Positions 24,586-36,701 of a DNA stretch of 64,000 bases are shown piece by piece. The translations under genes and the position numbers were made by a program. Numbering within the stretch: the stretch's first letter is position 1; each line of letters starts with the position of its first letter. The DNA comes from Callorhinchus milii (Eukaryota). The notes below the pieces were generated by a model. It had not been told where the DNA came from. It saw nothing but the letters and a program-made list of their open reading frames with translations, and did not search any database. The stretch is from contig NW_024704752.1 in NCBI RefSeq assembly GCF_018977255.1, forward strand, positions 14,942,001-15,006,000, written 5' to 3'.

Positions 24586-25899
24586 CTATGGAAAGAAATT
24601 GGACATCATTAACTTTGTTATAAAAGTTTTCACTACAGTACTTCCATCCTGTTGATTATATTAGCGAAAAGCTTATCAGTAGAAAATATGACCCCCCCCA
24701 TCCCTACTATAACTGCTAAAAGTATCCTCAAACATAACTTTCAATTTGTTTATATGATAAATATTTAAAAGTCAGTCAGGCCATCAACTAACCAATAGTG
24801 CAATTTTCATTATAAATTCTCCCTAAAATATTTAGTCTTCAAGTAAATAAAAAAGGCAAAATATCATAAAAGATAAAATATTAGCAAGTATTTTCCTTAC
24901 CCCCAATTTAATTAAGTGTCTCATACCCAACCCATTTACAACAGGAATCATTCTTGCTGTTCTTTACATCTTCTCTTTTGAATGGTAAGCTGACCAGAAC
25001 TGAATGAATGATCCAATGAAATAATCAGTCTAAATGACATTGTTGCTAAACATTGCAATGTTGATTGCATCTTATATTACTTGATTGTGCTGATTACACA
25101 TCACTACAAAATCATTGAAAGTAAAATAAATTGTGGAAATATCCTGGGTTTCTCTATGCTGCTTCAAAACCAACATGAATCCTCCTCCTATCCACCTCAC
25201 ACGCAGAATAATACTGAACATTTGAAGGAACAATTTCCTTTCCTCTCAGCTTCACCTCGAGGAGACACCAAAAAAGCAAATCAGAACAACTATAAATTTA
25301 CCATTCAAGAGATAGCATTGTAATAACATGGCATTCAGTTCTGGTCATCTTGCGTTCAAAAACATATGAAGTGGGTACAGAGAAGAGCAACAACATAGAT
25401 TCCTGGTGTAAATACATTGGACTATGAGACACAACAAGAGAAGTTACAATCTTGAGGAATTTTCTTGGTAGGCGATACCAACTGTTGTTAAGCTGTGTGG
25501 CAGATATTATTTGAGTACATTTCAAATGACCATTCATACACATATTATCATTTCATTTACCATCCTTTAGTGCAGGAGTGGAGTCTTGTTGTGAGGGTTT
25601 TTTCCATGGCTGAGAAATGAAATTGAAAACCGTTAGTCATTTGCAGCTTTTGAACCATTTCAAACAATCAGAGAAAACGTTCTGTGTCAGAAGAACATTA
25701 TCACATCCACATGACGCTACGCTTATGCTTGATTATGAGAGTGGGATTGAGACTTGGCACTCAAAATAGACTGCAATATCAGGAAAAGCAGATTCACTAT
25801 CACAGTACAAGGTTTAACAACATTATTTCCACACATATTTAGTATCCAGGTTCATAATTTTACCTGAGCAAGACTGAACTGGAAGACGATCGAGAGCTC

Positions 25900-27925
25900 A
25901 GTACAAGATTAGAGAGAGAGAAAAAGCAACATACACAGAGTTAGAGATGCATAGGGAAAGGCACACTCACTGAACTGTTAGAGAGAGGGAGACATAAACA
26001 TGCAGAGATCTATCAAGTGCGTCACATACTCCCTCTCTGCTTTCAAATCTGACTTAAAACCTATCTTATTTACTCTGCTCTAAGTCACTTCCCTCCCTGT
26101 CACCCAGCTTAAGCTAACACTACATCTCTGTAAAGTGATTTGATACATTTTGCTTCATGAACGGTACTACAGCCTTGCAAGCCATCACAGGAAATATATA
26201 CTTAATGATAATAATATTTTAAAAGATGAGACTTGGGTTTTACATAGATAATCTTAAAAGTGGGAGAGCAAGTTGAAAACCTGGAAAACAAATCTAATGG
26301 ATCCAAGGTTTTGTACACACATCAAGACCCATATCAAGATTTTGAACTCGTATACTGTAAGCTGACACTCCAATGCAATGCTGGTGATGCGATCCAGAGC
26401 GGGGAGTATGTGTGTAACACTTTGTGTGAGCGTAATACAATGTATGTGTGCACAATACTGTGTGCGTGTGTGTGTGTGTGTGTGTGCATATATCCAAGTG
26501 CCCATCCACCCGAAGTTGATGCCTACACAAATTTCCATTCCTCACTCCACCACAGCATAGAGAACTCTTTCAGATAGCTAGACCTGGGCATCAATTGCCT
26601 TCTTCTGTACTGTAAAATTCTATGATTCTACAAAAGGATTTGTCCTGTAATGTTCTAAGAAGGCCTTCTAATATTAAACTTTTGTTGCATTCTCACAGTA
26701 GTTACGGAGTTTGAATTACGAGGACTACCACACTCCTGGGCAACCAGTTTGGTACCAAAGTCATCTTGTGTGGAATGGTCAGAGTCACAATCATCCTGCT
26801 GCTTCCGTGACCGAGGATTGAAAACTGTGAATAATTGATAACTGTAAATGGTTTTCAGATGTTGAAAGTGTGGATGAAAATGATGTCTGAAAATGGTTTT
26901 CAGATGTTGAAAGTGTGGATCAAAAGTATTCATTCCCTGGTGTCAGTTATGGGAACGATAACGCGGATCAAGCTGAAAAACAAATCACAGATAAAAGCTT
27001 TTTTCGTTGTGCAGTTTTGCAACCTTTTCTTTTAGAACAGTACAAGCCGAGTCCAATATTATTATTCAATCATAGTTTTAGATAATGCATCCATGGTTGC
27101 AAGGTAAAAGAGTTATGAAATCCAAAAAGATCACTCCATCTAAGATCTAATCCAGAAAATTACAAAATTAGAGAGTTAGAGATGCACCTAGAAAGATACA
27201 GAGTTTAAGACACTGAGAGAGATACCGAAACATACAAACACTTAGAGATCCATTATTCTCAATTTTCTTATCGGCAATGAGACACTCCCAATTCTTGTGT
27301 ATATAGGACTTCATACCATCCCTCTGAGATATTGCAAGTTTGTCAGAAGGTTGTGGGTTCAAGCCCCACTTTGGAACTTTGAACTCACAGAGTCTAAGAT
27401 GACACTCCAATGCAGTGCTGGGATTGTGAGCTGCAGCGAGAGGTATGTGTGTAACACGATGTGTGTGTGCAACATTCTGTGTGTGTGTGCTGCCCACCAT
27501 AAGTTGATGTCCACCCAAATGTCCATTCCAAGCTACATCACTGCATAGAGCGCTTTCAGACAACTAGAACAACAACAACATAATTACATTTGTAAAGTGC
27601 CTTTCACGTCGGGAGGACGTCCCAAGGCGCTGAACAGTCAGGGATCAGGACCTGAGCGTGGGAGCAGGGTTGGGATGAGGGAGGGCAGAGGGGGTAGGAG
27701 GGCGGCTGAAGGCACACTCAAAAACAGGCACAATGGGCCTGAATAGCTCCTTCTCTATTGTAAAATGCTATGATTCTACAAAGGGATATATTTGATAGAC
27801 ATTTTTAAGAATACTGATTATCAAATAATGTAAAACAACACTGACGCATATTGTCCTGTAATGTTCTAATAAAGCATTCTAATATTAAACGTTTGATCCA
27901 TTCTCACTGTACTTATTGAGTTTAG
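25900..27925 (+). repeat. Diverged local duplication (~25900-26720 vs ~27165-27925)
   Basis: Shared agagttagagatgca, SINE-like head, gtgtgtaacac.., atgattctacaaa, tgtcctgtaatgttcta, ttctaatattaaac...cattctcac in the same order. Confidence 0.7.
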
Positions 27926-29237
27926 CATAAGGCCAGAGGCAAGTCTTACATTGCTGACCCTGTATGATCTACGAGAACTGCCATTGTTCTGGGCAACCAA
28001 TCCTTTCATCGGGACTTTAAACTCATGCATTATTGGAGATGCCATCCTTCAAATGAAACATTAAACTGAGGTCCCATCGACCTGTTAGAAATCCCATGAC
28101 ACCAATCAAATAGAAAAGAGGCTTTTTCCCAGTATCCTGGCCGACAATCTCCCAGATAAAATTAATAATTGATTTCATGGCTGTTTGTAGGTCATTGATG
28201 CGCACAATTGGAATGTCTAGTTCACCTCCAAATCCAGTCACTCCACTTCACAGTGAATCCTGTGAAGCGCTTTGGGACATCCTTCTGACCTGAAAGGCAC
28301 TATACCCAATGCGAGGATTATTAATTATTATTAATTTGTTGTTCGTTTAGATTGCACATTCACCTCAAAAATCAAAATGCATTGATGTTGCAATATTGTT
28401 TGAACATAAAACCACCAGAACATTAAGAAGCAAGATTTACCGTTTTTAGTACTTCCAAGCTGGATACATTCCTCCTAGCTTTCCTATTTTTCCCCAATTA
28501 ATTCAGAATGGGTTAAGAATGGACCAAATTCTGGCTGATCTCACCATGAGATCTCTGGTAGAGAGAATGGACCTTAATTTAACATCCTAATCATTTTTTG
28601 GTATTCTGACCATTCGTCCTCAAAACACACAGTCTTCACACACATACTTTACAATATATCCTGAGATGAAAAGCACTATAATAAATATAAGAATTGTCAT
28701 TGTCTGCAATTCTCATTCCTTTACTTAAATAGATAAATGGTGCATTTTCAATTAAAATGGCAAACTCCAATGAAGAAGGGAAACTGCAAACGAAGGTGAA
28801 ATATTCCGAGAACTTTGCTGATGGGAGGATAACTTAAATTAGCACAAAACACGCAAAATTCACGGGAAAACGATTCAGAAATCCAACCAGCAAGAGCACA
28901 GGCATTCCCTCTCCTGGTCTCTACAGAAATCAATCCAAACGCTAATCTTTTAACAACAAAACGTATAACAAAGTGGAGAATTCTCACACAGGTTTAAGTT
29001 CAAAACATTTGTACCTGGGATGAATTTCGATTCCTGACAAATGCCTCGTGTAGTGTCAGATGATTGCACAGTGGAGTCTGTGATGTATCTTGAAACATGT
29101 TGTTGTGAATATTTCTTCTGTTTGACATATTTTGCAGAGAGACGTTTGTGTTCTTACTTCTTCAGTGAAGGCAATGTTAAGGAAATTGCTTTGCCAGCTT
29201 CAGCACATCTCGCCATTGTTTAAACTTGGATAATACA

Positions 29238-29249
29238 GAAAGTGAAACT
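29238..29249 (-). promoter_or_regulatory. ISRE-like element at the presumed 5' end of the USP18-like gene
   Basis: GAAAGTGAAACT fits GAAANNGAAACT; a minus-strand donor (cccag|gtacaa) at ~29014 suggests a non-coding first exon just downstream. Confidence 0.6.
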
Positions 29250-30246
29250 CCACAAAGATTTCCCATGAAACATTTCAAACTACACAGCAAACAACCCACG
29301 CCCTGAAATTAGGAGATGCTCTTGTGAGGTAGAGAGTGAAATAAATGTTCAAGCAAAGTTTGGGCCACTTTCCTTTTAAACAGACATTAAATCTTACTTT
29401 CTTGAATTTGTATTTTTCCATTTTATAATTTAAAAAAATTACCAAATGGGTAACACCAATAAGTGCCAGCAGATGGCAATCGTTTAAACACTTTTTGGGG
29501 TCAGCCGGTTGCGGAAACCTAACACTCTGCTTAAGAGTATCCAAACCAAACAGAAAATTCCGGGCATGCCACTTACACATGGAAATACCAGAGATAGATT
29601 GTTGGAATGGATTGTGCACTCTCTCTCCCTGGAGGGATGCATCCTGCTTATCTAATTCCATAAAGTATTAGGCGCAGGTTGGCAAGAGCCAAGGCTTGGG
29701 GACTCCAGAGAGTGTGTTGGGGTAACTGCTGGAGTCTGACCAGCTAAAACTGCTTAGCTTGGCATTGATATCGTTGTCTGGCAAGCCTTCCCGCTGCTTG
29801 TCCAGCTAGGACCACCCTACCCATTAGGGCTTTGGCTTGCCGGGTTAACAGGAGCTGAGTGGGAATACTCCCTGCCCCCAGTAACTGGTCTGCCCTTACA
29901 GGTCCTGCCGATGAGGCTGTGTTGTCATCAGCAGTGTCAAAGGCTTAAATGTTATCTCTCTCTCTGTAATTTTCTTAAAATTTAAGCTTGTCCAGAATTG
30001 TGGAAGAATGTTAAATTCAACCTCAGTTTGGAAAAGGTTTTAAATTTTCCAAAATTCTGCAAAATCTTAAATTTGAAAATAAAATGACTGTCCTGGCTAA
30101 ATCTCGTTGGAAGTTTAGGAATTGCAAACTAATCACAGAAAAAACAACTAATTAGCATTTGGGTGTCACACTAATAAGAAAGTTATTTAGAGTCATGTCC
30201 TATAGAGATTGGCCAGTAGAGGGATTTAAGTTTTGTTCTGATAATT

Positions 30247-30263
30247 GAAATAAAAGTGAAACT
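30247..30263 (+). promoter_or_regulatory. ISRE/IRF-E element upstream of the UBL gene
   Basis: GAAATAAAAGTGAAACT, ~90 bp 5' of the ATG at 30355. Confidence 0.7.
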
Positions 30264-30354
30264 AAATATAATTTCTTTATGTCAGATTCTGAAGTCCATA
30301 ATGTAACAGTGCCGGCTAACTGCAACTTCTTTAAAATCTCCTCAAGACACCACA

Positions 30355-30763
30355 ATGGGGAAAATCTTCCAAGTAATCGTATTGGGTTTTAAAGGAGAAA
30401 AATTTGCAATTGATGTTGCAAAAGAAGAGAAGCATTTTAATGAAATGACTGTTCTGGAGTTCAAGAAGAAATTGATTTTGAAACTTCCAGGTCACTCAGG
30501 TATGTGAGTACTACACCAGCAGTGTACATCTGACGAGAATATTCACGGGTGTGTTCAGTTTAGTTTTGGTATGGATTTTTGTTAATGTATGTACTTGTTT
30601 TGAATGATTAGGTGATACTGATGAGCTGCGCTTGCTTTTTGCCAAAACTCAACTGGAAGATGCAGATAAATTCTCTGATCACCAGATTAAGGACAAGTCT
30701 ACAATCATGATGGTTCTACGTCTACCAGGAGGACTGGAGTCTTACAAGATTGAGACAAACTAA
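30355..30763 (+). CDS. Single-domain ubiquitin-like protein precursor, 98 aa; exons 30355-30499 and 30612-30763
   Basis: MGKIFQVIVLGFKGEKFAIDVAKEEKHFNEMTVLEFKKKLILKLPGHSGDTDELRLLFAKTQLEDADKFSDHQIKDKSTIMMVLRLPGG-LESYKIETN*. Aligns to ubiquitin (QRLIFAGKQLED...STLHLVLRLRGG). Phase-1 GT-AG intron; AATAAA at ~31203 and ~31351. Confidence 0.92.
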
Positions 30764-32540
30764 CATCTGAAGCAATTCCAGGAGAGAGTCCTAAAAAATG
30801 CATATAATTGCGTGCTAACGTCCAGTTCTCCTAATTTGTCATCTAACTATAGAAGTTGTCTTAGTGCGTAGTTGTACTCTTTTTTATTCTGCCTCGGGAT
30901 ATAGAGCAATAGATATAGATAATACAGTATTTATCACCCATCCATTGTTGCTTTGAAAGGGTGATGTTGGATTTTCTGGTTAAATGGCTTTGTGTTGACT
31001 GTGATCCCAAGATGTGGGGAGGGAATTTTCATAAGAATATAAATGTTAAACAATGTTTTAAAAATCTGTATGAATGTGCTCCGGAAAGCCCTTCTCATTT
31101 TATTCCTATTATATGCAAATTAAGTCTCCTCCATTGCGATTAATTCATATATATATTTGGGTAAATTATAAATATCCTCAAGTGCTCTTCGGGCTACACC
31201 AAAATAAAAACACATATAACATTGCCCTATATTTCAAACAACCTGTTTAAAATGTTACTTGGAATGTCTTCATTGTTTCAATCATGATCTAATAGAAACA
31301 AATGTGTTGTTTTCACCGTGATTAAAAGCCGATGTGAAACCTCCATTAAGAATAAAACATTTTTTTGTTTGTGATATGTCTGACATACGTGGAAACCCAT
31401 AAACATGCTTAAGAGTGTATTCAAATTAAACTACTGAAAATTCCAAAATTCCAGCAGTCAATTGGCTGAAAAGGTCAGTGTATTTGTACGTTGTGTTGTG
31501 GGCTCATTCATTAAAATACAATATTTCCACTTACATCGCAAAGTGCCAGTCACAGTAACCCTGGAACATGCTAAGAGCTCTCTTAACTACATTGTTAGGC
31601 AATAGAATAAAGCTGCTCGACAATAGCTACCAGCAAAGGGGAGGCAGTATGGCATGGCTGGAACACAGATTCACTGATGGAAACCTTTAATCACACATTG
31701 CGCTTGGTACCACGCCTATGGATTTCATACACCCAGGTCAAAGCCACATGCAGCATATCCAATCTTCACTTACCCATGTTAATTTCTGTCAATAAAAAAA
31801 GCTTTTAATAAGTTAACACTCAAATGTGGGTAATTAAAGGCCAGGGACATAGACATGGTCCACCCAATTAGCCACCATCCCACCCTAACACTCTCTGCTC
31901 TCATATTTCCCATTCCGACTTTCTTCCCAAGCGATGTAGAATATCAACAATCACGTGCAATAGTGCTTCTACTGATATTGTTTTCCGAAGGGTTCCCTGT
32001 ATGCACGTCCAACAAAGTGCAATCAGAAAAGATGGTGACTCCATATTCACCTGATTTGTGGCCTCACAGATATATTTATTTATGGATCTGTTGGAAAGAC
32101 CATTACAACACTTAAAGAGACATTGCCCCCAATGTAAATTCTCTCCAAAGCGTTAGGTTTAGTCCATAATTGAGACGTTTCTAGTAGTTACGGAGTCCCG
32201 TAGCTTAGTGGTTAGCACGCTCACTTCGAAAGCGAGAGGCACCTGGTTTGATTCCTGGGAGGGGTGAAACCTTAGGCAAGTTTCCTTACTCCACACGAAA
32301 AATCTCGAAAAAACATGATGAGGTGCAAACAGGATGACCTAAAAATAGCTTCCTCCACTCCCTTTAGTTTGGAAATCTCCAAATTGGAGGGAGGGGGGAA
32401 ACTAATTAAGAATAAATCACACGAGGATACGTATCCATTAGAAAAGTTACAGTACTCATGATAATAATCTTATATTAGGTGACTAGTGCACCTGGTATTG
32501 TATACATATATATATTATATATAATAACAAGTTTGTGTGT

Positions 32541-33010
32541 CAGCCTGACTCAGTCGGTAGCACTATTGCCTCTGAGTCAGAAGGTTGTAGGTTGAAATTC
32601 CACATCGGGATTTTGAACTCACATAGTCTAAGGTGAACTCCAATGCAGTGCTGAGGACGTGCTGTATTGTTGGAGATGCCATTCTTTGGCTCTGACGTTA
32701 ACTCAAGGTTCCATCTGCCTGTTCAGGTGGATGTCAAAGATCCCATGTTACTATTGAAAAGAGAAGTATCCTCATCAACAATCCCCAAATAAAATTGATC
32801 ACTCACTTCATGGCTATTTGTGGATATTACTGTGTGCAAACTAATTGCTGCCTTCACCGGCACGAAAAACACATAGCACTTTACAGTAAATCTTACGAAG
32901 TGTTTGGAGACATTTTGGCCACAAAATATAGTCACTACACTTTACAGTATACGCTGCAAAGCGCTTTGAGACATCTTGATGATGCGGTAAAAGCACTATA
33001 TTAAATGCAT
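32541..33010 (+). mobile_element. tRNA-derived SINE (Deu-domain-like)
   Basis: cagcctgactcagtcggtagcact...ctgagtcagaaggttg...ggagatgcc...caggtggatgtcaaagatcccatg, with L2-like tail. Confidence 0.7.
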
Positions 33011-33859
33011 ATTAAACAAAACTCACCAACTGCTCCCTCGACCACATCCCGGATTGTGAGGGGAAGGTGGGGAGGGCACAGCAGGAGGAAGGGCAGAGGC
33101 AGCTGAGTGAATCCCCTCCCACCCAATCTGCTCCCAGTGTCTGGAACTCAATGCCAGAGTCTCTCTGCCTCTTCCCTCCCTCCATGTCTTCACAGCCCAC
33201 CTGAGGGCAATACTTTTCTACTTTTCCATCTTCCCTCACCATCACCTTCTTCAGTCCACCTCGGATTTGAATAGAATTGGGCATTCGAACAGAAAATACA
33301 CACAATCACATCACTTTACAGTATATTCCATGTAGCACTTTGAGATGTCAATTTCACTTACTTCATAGGTAGAGTGGGATAGGATTGTGGGGGGATTTGA
33401 AAATCAGTACAAGGAATCTCATTCCTCCGATGAAGATTGGTAGGGATTGGGGCAAATGGTGTGTCGAGCATTGTGCGAGAAAGAAATTGGAGAATTCTCG
33501 AGCTGTTTAAACTCTTAGAAAGTCAAAAAAAATCTGGATGCTTTTAAGCACGTGATGGGTTTCCACTTGGTCCAGCTGTCAAACAAAATCTGCAGAAAAA
33601 AGGCACATAAGGAATAGTACTGTACTTCTGTGATCAGGATTGGTGAGCACACCAGAGAACAGTTTGAAGATTTTGAGTCTTGTTTACTCGAGTTAATTAG
33701 AGGAAATGACTCTAAACAGAAAATTATAGTATCTGCCTGAACAAAGTGTGATTGATATTCACAAATAACATATCATCGAGTATGCAGGATTGTGACTGTA
33801 ATCTGCACTATCATTTGATTGGCAGTGAAAACTCTATTAACTTCCTGGAGTATGACACA

Positions 33860-33869
33860 GGGGCTTTCC
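33860..33869 (+). promoter_or_regulatory. NF-kB consensus-like site before the RBR start codon (also 41986-41995, 46800-46809)
   Basis: GGGGCTTTCC matches GGGRNYYYCC. Presence in all copies is weak evidence because the copies are recent. Confidence 0.35.
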
Positions 33870-33914
33870 ATGAGCTGTTGCTACTTAATTTTGTTCTGGT
33901 TTTCGATCGACAAG

Positions 33915-36701
33915 ATGTCAACACAAGGGCAGCAAACAGAAAAACAATACGACCCAAATGATCAGACTCTGAAATTTGTGAAAGGGAAGGATGAAATTAC
34001 AGGTAACTTTATTAGCCTCAAGAGCAGAAGTAGTTCTCTCGATTAAGTGCAGAATTGTTGTGTTTTAAGTAATCTGTAGAATAATATCCTATCATTTGCT
34101 TATCTGTATAGTTGCAAGAGAAACAATCATGGATACATCTACAAAGGATAGAAAAGTTCATTTAGATTGTTTGTGAGGACATTCGCAGTAGGCTTTTTGC
34201 ATTACTATCACTTTTGATCTCCACTTATTTATCTACAAAATAGACTATGAGGCAAAATGCGCAACAATTTTCAAAGATAATGTTCACAACTTTGGCAACA
34301 ATCTTGAAAGGAGACAAGGATAGCTATGACAACATCCAGTTCAGTCACAGCTTTTTGACTTAATTAGTTTTGCCTGTTTGTCAGGATTGCAATTAATACA
34401 GGAATCATTTTAGACATAGAAGCCAATGTTTAATAAAGCTCAGAAGCTCAAAGTCCCAGTAATTGACAAATACTTTTTCCCAGCACTGTTTGGAATCTGA
34501 AATGTGGCTCTTAATTTATTCTATTTTAGGAGATGACGACCCTAATATTTTAAGAGCAGAAATGTCCTGTGGACATGCAGTGGATCCAAATTCGCTCACT
34601 GCTTGGTGCCGAAGCCTTCTAGATCAGGTAAGCTATCTTAAAATATAATTGAATCATGTAAAATCAAAGGAGCTATATCAGTTATCTGAAAAAAAAATTG
34701 ATTTTAATGCTAGAATGAAATCAGTTTTTGTGTTTATATGTGCTATCACAATACTGCATAAAGATAGGTTTCACCGCTTACGATTCTGTCATTATGTATT
34801 TGTGCAAATAAATGATATTGCATATTCATCAATAAAGGAGGTGCCCCCAAATTGTGCTAATGATACATTGAAAAAGTTAGTTTTTTTTAATGTATGTAGG
34901 ATAATAATAATAATAATAATAATAATAATCCTTGCATTTGATATAGCGCTTTTCACGTCGGGAGGACGTCCCAAAGCGCTTCACAGAACACACTGTAAAG
35001 TGAATTGACTGTATATTTGTGGGCGAACGCGGCAGCCAATTGCGCACAGCAATGTCCCACAAACAGTCGTAGATTGAAAAAGACCAATTTTTATTATTGT
35101 TTTGGGTTTTGGAGGGATTATTATTAGGCTCTGTGTGGAGTAAGGAAACTTGCCCAAGGTTTCGCCCTCTGCCTGGAATTGAACTCAGTTCTCTCACTTG
35201 CAAAGCGAGTGCTCTAACCACTGAGCTACAGGATGGCATAGGACACTTCCGAAAACCAAAATTTGCACCATAGATTTAACAAAAAAAGGTGTATTTTAAC
35301 AAGGAAGTTCTACCTCTATACATCCATCTTTTCCAGAGTCATCTTTCACACTCCCAATCCTCCACCTTTAAATTGGTGCTCAATTATTCCTTAATGGTGG
35401 TGCCCAGTTATCACGTCCAGCCTTTGTTAGCTCCCTTTACACGTAGGTTAATTGCCAAAAATTATAAAAGGCAGTGGCAAGTTTATTCCCCTGTCACAAT
35501 GCAACGTACGTTGGGTTTTACCTGGAACCTTTTTTCCTGAAGGCTTATCAGTGAATCTTGCCATGTTATTTGGGGTTTAAACCCACAACTATGTAACCCA
35601 GAGGCAAGAGGCCTACCAGTTGCACCAGTTGATAGCATAGATCAGCTAACTCAGCTCAGAACCTCAGACTTTCTACGACTCTATGGTTTACTTTCACTGA
35701 ACCAATACTTTATTAAATAAATTATCACATGTATTTTGTATTTATTCTTTGAACTGCAGGGTCAGTATAAGTTCTTCTGTCCAGCACTGAAGGATGGAAT
35801 GACATCAAAATGTGGAGCAGAATGGTCATATCAAGAAGTTCGCAAATTGGCTGTACTGAGCTGTGAAGAACAATTATATTTTGAGGAAACAGTTGCTCAA
35901 CTGGCTGCCGCTGAATATTGTGAATATAAATCAGTAGGTTTCATGGGGAGACTTTTGAACAGTAATATACAATAGATGCCAAAAATGAAAATAATAAGCA
36001 TGTACATTAAGTAAGGGCCATAGATCATTCTTTTAAATTACTGTATTTGAGGTATTTAAAGAATTGATAATACAATACGCAATTCTACGTTACTTGTTTA
36101 AAGTGGTAATGTGGTCGCATCTATTAAGTTTCAAAGAACGACTAAGTATATAAAAAATCAAATGATCCTGAATGCTATTGCAAAATAAGGTACTGTTGAA
36201 CATGAAATTCACTAAATACCTTTCTATTTTTCTTGTCAGTGCCCAGGATGTAAAACGTTTGTTAAACGCTGTGATCTGACAAATCTGAGTGTCAGATGCA
36301 GCATCTGTACCACAGAGAGAGGAAGTGTCTATGACTTCTGTTGGCAATGCATGAACACGTGGAAGGGACATGGCCCACGATCTGATCGGTGTGACAATGA
36401 AGGCTGCAACAACCAAGAACTCGAAATACTAAAGAATTGTCCGTTAATGAACTTACCAGAAACAGAAGTGAAACAATGCCCTTCCATTCGTGCTTGCCCA
36501 ACCTGTGGCAAACTTATTGAACATAACCAAGTGGGATGTAAAAATATAACATGTTGCAGATGTTATGTTGAATTTTGCTTTGCCTGTCTGGAGGTTACCA
36601 CTGAATGCCTGAAAAGCAGACCAAATTCATGGTTTGGTATCTGTGCCAAAGCGATTGCCCCAAGGCAAACATCAATTCCAACCTGGAATCGACATGGATG
36701 A
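33915..36701 (+). CDS. RBR-type E3 ligase copy 1, 273 aa; exons 33915-34002, 34530-34627, 35760-35933, 36240-36701
   Basis: Partial RING1 (MSCGHAV...FFCPA...KCG), IBR (CPGCKTFV...CSIC...FCWQC), RING2 CPTCGKLIEHNQVGCKNITCCRCYVEFCFACL with the catalytic-position Cys; all splice phases are consistent. Confidence 0.9.
34901..35230 (-). mobile_element. Young tRNA-derived SINE in intron 2 of RBR copy 1 only
   Basis: A/B-box head, long (ATT)n tail, absent at the homologous site in copy 3 (47835 ggatggcatagg); short aggat duplication. Confidence 0.85.

Noticed and set aside
30355-30763. Calling the UBL ISG15, UBB or NEDD8
   Set aside because: Single domain, very low identity to ubiquitin/NEDD8, LRLPGG end and an intron within the domain.
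32195-32270. tRNA-like sequence (also 35160-35230, 22595-22665, 38185-38230)
   Set aside because: Continues into the SINE body; these are SINE heads, not tRNA genes.
36090-36511. Antisense ORFs repeated in all three RBR copies
   Set aside because: Shadows of RBR exon 4, conserved only because of the recent duplication.
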